NCBI GenBank assembly: GCA_965202805.1
Contig: OZ241869.1
Span: 3,552,001-3,616,000 of the forward strand
DNA length: 64,000 bases
From: Longimicrobiales bacterium
GTDB lineage: Bacteria > Gemmatimonadota > Gemmatimonadetes > Longimicrobiales > Gaopeijiaceae
Direction of reading: 5' to 3'
Shown: piece by piece, positions 59,679-64,000 of the stretch
Numbering within the stretch: the first letter of the stretch is position 1
Layout: each line of letters opens with the position of its first letter
Position numbers and translations under genes: made by a program
The notes under the pieces: model-generated
Told to the model about the DNA's origin: nothing
Seen by the model: only the letters and a program-made list of their open reading frames with translations
The model's database searches: none

Positions 59679-60443
59679 ATGATCGCGGTACTCGCGTCCG
59701 CGAGCGCGTGGGTGGATATACAGGCGGCTGCCGGTGACCACCGGTGTATCCTGGCGGGGGATCAGGACGAGCTCTTGCGGCTAGCCGGTGACGCCGACGC
59801 AGTCGTAATCGAAGCCGAGAATCTCCTGCCAGTTCTTTCCGCCGTTCGACACATCAATCGGGCACATCCGCTCCTGCCCGTCATTCTCATCACCGGCCAG
59901 GACTCAGCCGACTTTCGGTACCTCGCCTCAGTCTCCGTCGAGGCTGTTCTCCTTCGGCACCAGATCGCCGCACGTCTCCCAGTCGCGCTGAGGAGCTCGG
60001 CCGGAATCGTCTTCCGGCTTCGAGCGCTCGGAGAGGGATGCATGAGGAATGAGTCGATCCCGTCACCACTTCGTCGCTTGCTGAATTGTGCCCTGACCAG
60101 CGTGCCGCCACCCCTTACGGTCCAGCACTTGGCTCGTCTCCTGCATTCCGATCCATCCACGATCCGTCGGCACTGGCGTCGCGGTGTCAATTCTCACGGG
60201 ATCCATCGGGTCAAGGATTTGTTGGATTGGATCATCCTGCTGCATGCGCTCTCGGCGAAGCATCCAAGCCTAAGCTGGCGGTGTGTGGCCAAGAGCATCG
60301 GAACACACGAGAGTACGCTGAGACGCCTAGCCGACCGTTGCGCTGGCGACACGCTTGGTTCTCTGGGGTCCAACGGTGTCGAGCAGCTGTTTGAGCGCTT
60401 CGCGACGGCGCTTGGGGACTCATTCTGTCCGATTTTGCGTTGA
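59679..60443 (+). CDS. Transcriptional regulator, copy 2
   Basis: 20 of 254 aa differ from copy 1 by hand count. Confidence 0.7.
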   Translation: MIAVLASASAWVDIQAAAGDHRCILAGDQDELLRLAGDADAVVIEAENLLPVLSAVRHINRAHPLLPVILITGQDSADFRYLASVSVEAVLLRHQIAARLPVALRSSAGIVFRLRALGEGCMRNESIPSPLRRLLNCALTSVPPPLTVQHLARLLHSDPSTIRRHWRRGVNSHGIHRVKDLLDWIILLHALSAKHPSLSWRCVAKSIGTHESTLRRLADRCAGDTLGSLGSNGVEQLFERFATALGDSFCPILR

Positions 60444-60563
60444 GTTGCGCGTTCTTGCGCCAGGACAATCTCGAGGCGAGTACAGATGGTTCGACCCGTA
60501 ACCCGCCTTGCCGCGACGGCGTAGCTGTCTCAGGGGAGGACTGACTTGTACAGACTATACCCC

Positions 60564-61649
60564 CTACCGCGTACCAAAGACGCGCACCTGAGGGAACGGT
60601 TCTTCGCCATAAGTGAAGATGAGCCCATCCCTCACGGAGCCGACCACTCCAACTGTGGGGTGCCGATCAATCACTCGCCCCGATGACACATCCAGGACGA
60701 TGAGCTCATGACGCCGGTTCTCCGCAGAGCGGGGGCCTTCGATTTGAAGCCCAAGCACCACGTTACCGCCACGATCCACAACGACCGACCGGCCTGAGTG
60801 CGAGAAGCCCTCTTCCGGGTCCGGACGATACCGGCAGCACACGCCGGGTCTGCTTGCCGTGAGCTGCCAGGGAACGTAGCCTTCGAGCGTCGTCTCCCAG
60901 AGTATCTCTCCCTCGGGGTCGAAGGCTCGAACCACCGGTAACATCCAATTGAACTTCACGATCGTTCCAGTAGCTTCATCGCACGCGAGGTAGCCGTAGT
61001 TGAGCATATGCGGTGTCTGCCCCAGCTCACGACGTTGGGCAGCCTCTCGCGGCTCCTCGGGGCTCGCAAAGCCCCGAATCACCTGACCGTCACTGTCGAT
61101 CTCGCTGATCGTGGGATCAGTTGGCCCTCCGGGCTGGCGCAGAACGTACCGTCGTCCTCCGAGTACACAAACGTCCGTTGGAGGGAACCTCAAAGTTGTC
61201 ACCGTCCTGAAGGCGAGAGTGTCTCCATCGAGTTCGAAGGTGCTGATCCGCCCGTTGGCGACATCCGCGACGTGAAGAACCCCTTCCGAATCGAGATCAG
61301 AGCCACGAATGCCCAGGAGCTCGCGAGGGCCCTGCCCTCGCCGCCGGTATGAAGTGATGTGACCGCCGTCTCGATCGAATACGTGAATATCGGAAGTCTG
61401 CTCCCCCAGAACGTAGACGTTGCCGGCGGCGTCTACCTCGATCGTGCGGAGAAGACCGAACACCTCAGCGTCGTCGCCGTCCAACCGTCCGATGGTCATC
61501 TGCAGATCCGCCGGCTCCCACAGCTGGGCCGTCACGGGCTCGACCAGCGGGGTGGACGCAATAGACCCGACGACGCCAAGCAGCGTGAGGGCATGACGCT
61601 CCAAGCGGAACAGGTGGGTACTACGCATACCACGCAATTGAGCACTCAT
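60564..61649 (-). CDS. 6-bladed beta-propeller secreted protein
   Basis: Signal-like N-terminus, EVDAAGNVYV, HVFDRDG, RRGQGPREL, EEPFPQVRVF. Confidence 0.8.
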   Translation of the reverse strand: MSAQLRGMRSTHLFRLERHALTLLGVVGSIASTPLVEPVTAQLWEPADLQMTIGRLDGDDAEVFGLLRTIEVDAAGNVYVLGEQTSDIHVFDRDGGHITSYRRRGQGPRELLGIRGSDLDSEGVLHVADVANGRISTFELDGDTLAFRTVTTLRFPPTDVCVLGGRRYVLRQPGGPTDPTISEIDSDGQVIRGFASPEEPREAAQRRELGQTPHMLNYGYLACDEATGTIVKFNWMLPVVRAFDPEGEILWETTLEGYVPWQLTASRPGVCCRYRPDPEEGFSHSGRSVVVDRGGNVVLGLQIEGPRSAENRRHELIVLDVSSGRVIDRHPTVGVVGSVRDGLIFTYGEEPFPQVRVFGTR

Positions 61650-61848
61650 GGGGTTACCCTCCGGATCGCGGTCTCAAGTTCCAGCGAGTCTACGACGCCA
61701 TAAGCCATTACGCCGTTTACCAGAATCGTCGGTGTCCCCTGTGCACCGAGTTCCGTGGCAGCAGCAACGTCATTTTCGATGAAAGATACCGGTGACTCGT
61801 CCGCCAGGCAAACATCGAAGGTGGCCATGTCCTGAATCCCGGCCGTCA
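61646..61848 (-). pseudogene. DsbA-family C-terminal fragment
   Basis: FDVCL..IENDVAAATELGAQGTPTILVNG; no CxxC-bearing N-terminus; ATGA-coupled to the propeller gene. Confidence 0.7.
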
Positions 61849-62074
61849 GGCGGCCCCCATCTTCGACGGTCTTGCCGGCGACCCATCCACCGGCGAGTGC
61901 TCGGCACGACTCCCGACGGCCGGGCCATCCTCCAACGCACCAAGACGAGCGCAGTGGATCTAGTCCGGAGACCGCGGAGTCCGGGTCGGGTACCTTAGAG
62001 CAACACTATGCTGGTCGGTTGTACATGGATGCCCGTGTGGAACGGTTGGAGTCACGTGCCTGTCAAGACGCCCA

Positions 62075-62870
62075 TTGGGTCCCAAAGTGAGCCGGATTGA
62101 GGAGAGCAAGGGTTCGAGCTTGGCGCGTCGTGTTGCGGGGTTTTCGGGTCTGGTTCTCGGTAGCCTCTTCGCAAGCTGTTCGTCCGGCGACGATCTCGTC
62201 GAACTCCGCCCTCCGCCTCCGGACACGACTCCTCGCAATATCGGAGACACGGTTCAGCGAGGGAGCTTGACGGTCACGGTGACGGCGGCTGGGGAGACAA
62301 GCCAGGCGGTTGGGGCTCTGGCGACTCCAGCCGACGGCGTGCCCCGGGCGCACGTCAGAATCCGCCGCGTCGGCGAGTCGCCGGTCGAGGTGGGGACGAC
62401 GGACTTCCTCGGGCGAGTCACCTTCACCCAGCTTCTGCCCGGCCGATATGACATTACGTCTCTTCGCCTCCTTAACGCAGAAGAAACGGCCAGGATCACC
62501 GAGGCAAACTCGGCGCTGGCGGGCATCAACGCCTTCGGGGGTGGCGGCCGCGTCCAGGTTCAGCCGCCGTCAAGCACTACGGAAGTCGCAGCGGTGGCCG
62601 GTCGCCGGGGCTCCCTGGTAATCAGCGAGATTCATGACTGGTGGCCGCGCGTCACAAGTGGCCCCACTGCACAATACACCCAGGTAACGTACGTCGAGGT
62701 GTACAACAATTCGGACACGACCGTATACCTGGACGGAAAGATCCTTGGCGAGGGGTTCTGGTTGGGAGAGCGAGCTGAGCGAGTCCTCGTTGAACAACTG
62801 CACCGATTATGAGTCCTGGCGGATCGATCTGGAGGGCGTCTGGTCGGAGAAGCACCTGCGCTTTCCACTC
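62075..62870 (+). pseudogene. DUF4876-like lipoprotein, frameshifted near 62770 and truncated
   Basis: Lipobox FASC, Ig-like domain (GTTDFLGRVTFTQLLPGRY), GSLVISEI..YVEVYNNSDTTVYLDG; continues briefly in another frame. Confidence 0.55.
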
Positions 62871-63020
62871 TTCGGCGTGGTCCTCAGCAAGATCTCCATC
62901 GTCGCTCTCGACGCCCTCGTCGCCCGGGTGATGGCCTTGGCACCCTATCGTTCGGCCCGGCGCGTCTTCTGGGTCTCCGGGGAACGGTTCCGCGCGATAT
63001 CGTCCTGAAATGCCCTGCTC

Positions 63021-63944
63021 TTATCGGTGACCTCGGCCAGCAGTCCTCGGCACACCTTCGATCGGCGGCAGTTCAACACTCGGGTCAGGCCGGACGACGA
63101 TCCGCACAGGGTCGGAGGGTGCGGCGGCGGCAAAGTACCCGTAAGCGCCTTCCAGCCCGAAGGAAGGCCATGGCTGCCGCACCGGGTATTTGCCCGACGC
63201 TTCGACGAAACTCGCGTAGTTCCGTCCCAATCCGAGCACCCGAACTGAAAGGTGCACGGGTCGGCCCAGAAAAATCCTCTTGTAGAGTGACGGGCTGGCC
63301 CGGCTCAGAGTGAGATCGGCGTTGCCTGCTTCCAGATCCAGCACGAACGGTTGGCAGGAGACCGGACCTACGGGTTCCCGGGAACCATCGGGCTGAATCT
63401 CAATCGCATCGATCACCTCCGAGTGCAGCATCGCGACATCGGAAGGGATTTCGAAGCGGATTGGCACGATGAGGTCGTCTCCATCACTCTGGGGCGGTAG
63501 CAGATGTCCGTCGGCCGGCTCGATAATCACAGGTGCGGAAGGCACAATAGTGGCGCCGCTGAAGGAACCTGACGGACCGGTGCCCGCAATTCTGTACAAG
63601 GTTCGTTCGCGGATTGGTTCCGGAAGTTGTGCCCGGAGGCACACCAGAGTGCCGGGCCATGTTGTCACGTCGGTAATCGCGCAATCGGCCAAATCCGTCT
63701 CTTCGGAGAACGCGGCCTCCCAGCCGGGTCCCATCAGGCGCACGTCGACCGCCGGAGGCGCGCCGGACTGGGCACGGTGCGGATGCGCGGCCAACAGCTG
63801 TACATCGCTCCGGCCTGCCACCAGCATCGCTGTGACAGCCAGCGCGTCCGATTCCGGAGCGAGTGGGTCTGCTGAACGAATACAACCGGCACACGCAATA
63901 GCCGCCAACGCGGTACATGGAAGCAACCCGGTCCGCAGTCTCAA
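63021..63944 (-). CDS. DUF4249-like lipoprotein
   Basis: Lipobox CAGC, AVTAMLVAG, C-terminal LEGAYGYFAA; coupled to the upstream gene. Confidence 0.55.
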   Translation of the reverse strand: MRLRTGLLPCTALAAIACAGCIRSADPLAPESDALAVTAMLVAGRSDVQLLAAHPHRAQSGAPPAVDVRLMGPGWEAAFSEETDLADCAITDVTTWPGTLVCLRAQLPEPIRERTLYRIAGTGPSGSFSGATIVPSAPVIIEPADGHLLPPQSDGDDLIVPIRFEIPSDVAMLHSEVIDAIEIQPDGSREPVGPVSCQPFVLDLEAGNADLTLSRASPSLYKRIFLGRPVHLSVRVLGLGRNYASFVEASGKYPVRQPWPSFGLEGAYGYFAAAAPSDPVRIVVRPDPSVELPPIEGVPRTAGRGHR

Positions 63945-64000
63945 AACCGGAACTCCACGCCGAAGAAGGGTAGCATCGGCATTTGGGGCAGGTACACCTG
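63941..64000 (-). CDS. C-terminus of a probable TonB-dependent receptor (partial)
   Basis: QVYLPQMPMLPFFGVEFRF-stop: terminal Phe beta-strand; overlaps the DUF4249-like gene. Confidence 0.5.
   Translation of the reverse strand, partial: QVYLPQMPMLPFFGVEFRF

Larger units (their letters stand above)
58865..60443. repeat. 1.6-kb direct duplication, copy 2
   Basis: Colinear with 52468-54040. Confidence 0.92.

Overview
High-GC bacterial chromosomal window. Gene content (DUF1592 cytochrome, PD40-amidohydrolase, LVIVD and multicopper oxidase genes, 6-bladed propeller lipoproteins) suggests a Gemmatimonadota-like organism; this is inference only. Positions 1-53 kb are mostly backbone: rnpB, tRNA-Arg(CCG), a pstSCAB-B operon, ferritin, two VapBC-type TA pairs, PhoD, two multicopper oxidase loci, rpmE2-HIT-rpsN-nfo, asd, a probable 6S RNA, PTPS plus SDR, an acyl-CoA ligase, CutA, a DAACS transporter, a nucleotidyltransferase and an M14 peptidase. 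From about 53 kb the sequence is a visibly less GC-rich accessory region built on a 1.6-kb direct duplication (M14 5' end plus HTH regulator), with IS110 and IS21 remnants. The best candidate for an undescribed system is there: a 70-aa secreted peptide with six Cys, upstream of a membrane-anchored redoxin-like protein and two beta-propeller lipoproteins, with a second decayed DsbA/propeller module nearby. Other notable items are a fused-versus-split accessory domain of multicopper oxidases, a reciprocally degenerate PstB pair, a sigma54-driven 59-aa orphan ORF, an AlbA_2 gene flanked by 75-bp direct repeats, a mini-IS110 keeping its structured leader, and a PTPS-II plus sepiapterin-reductase-like pair. 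All family calls are by-eye motif recognition with no database search, and start codons were chosen manually.
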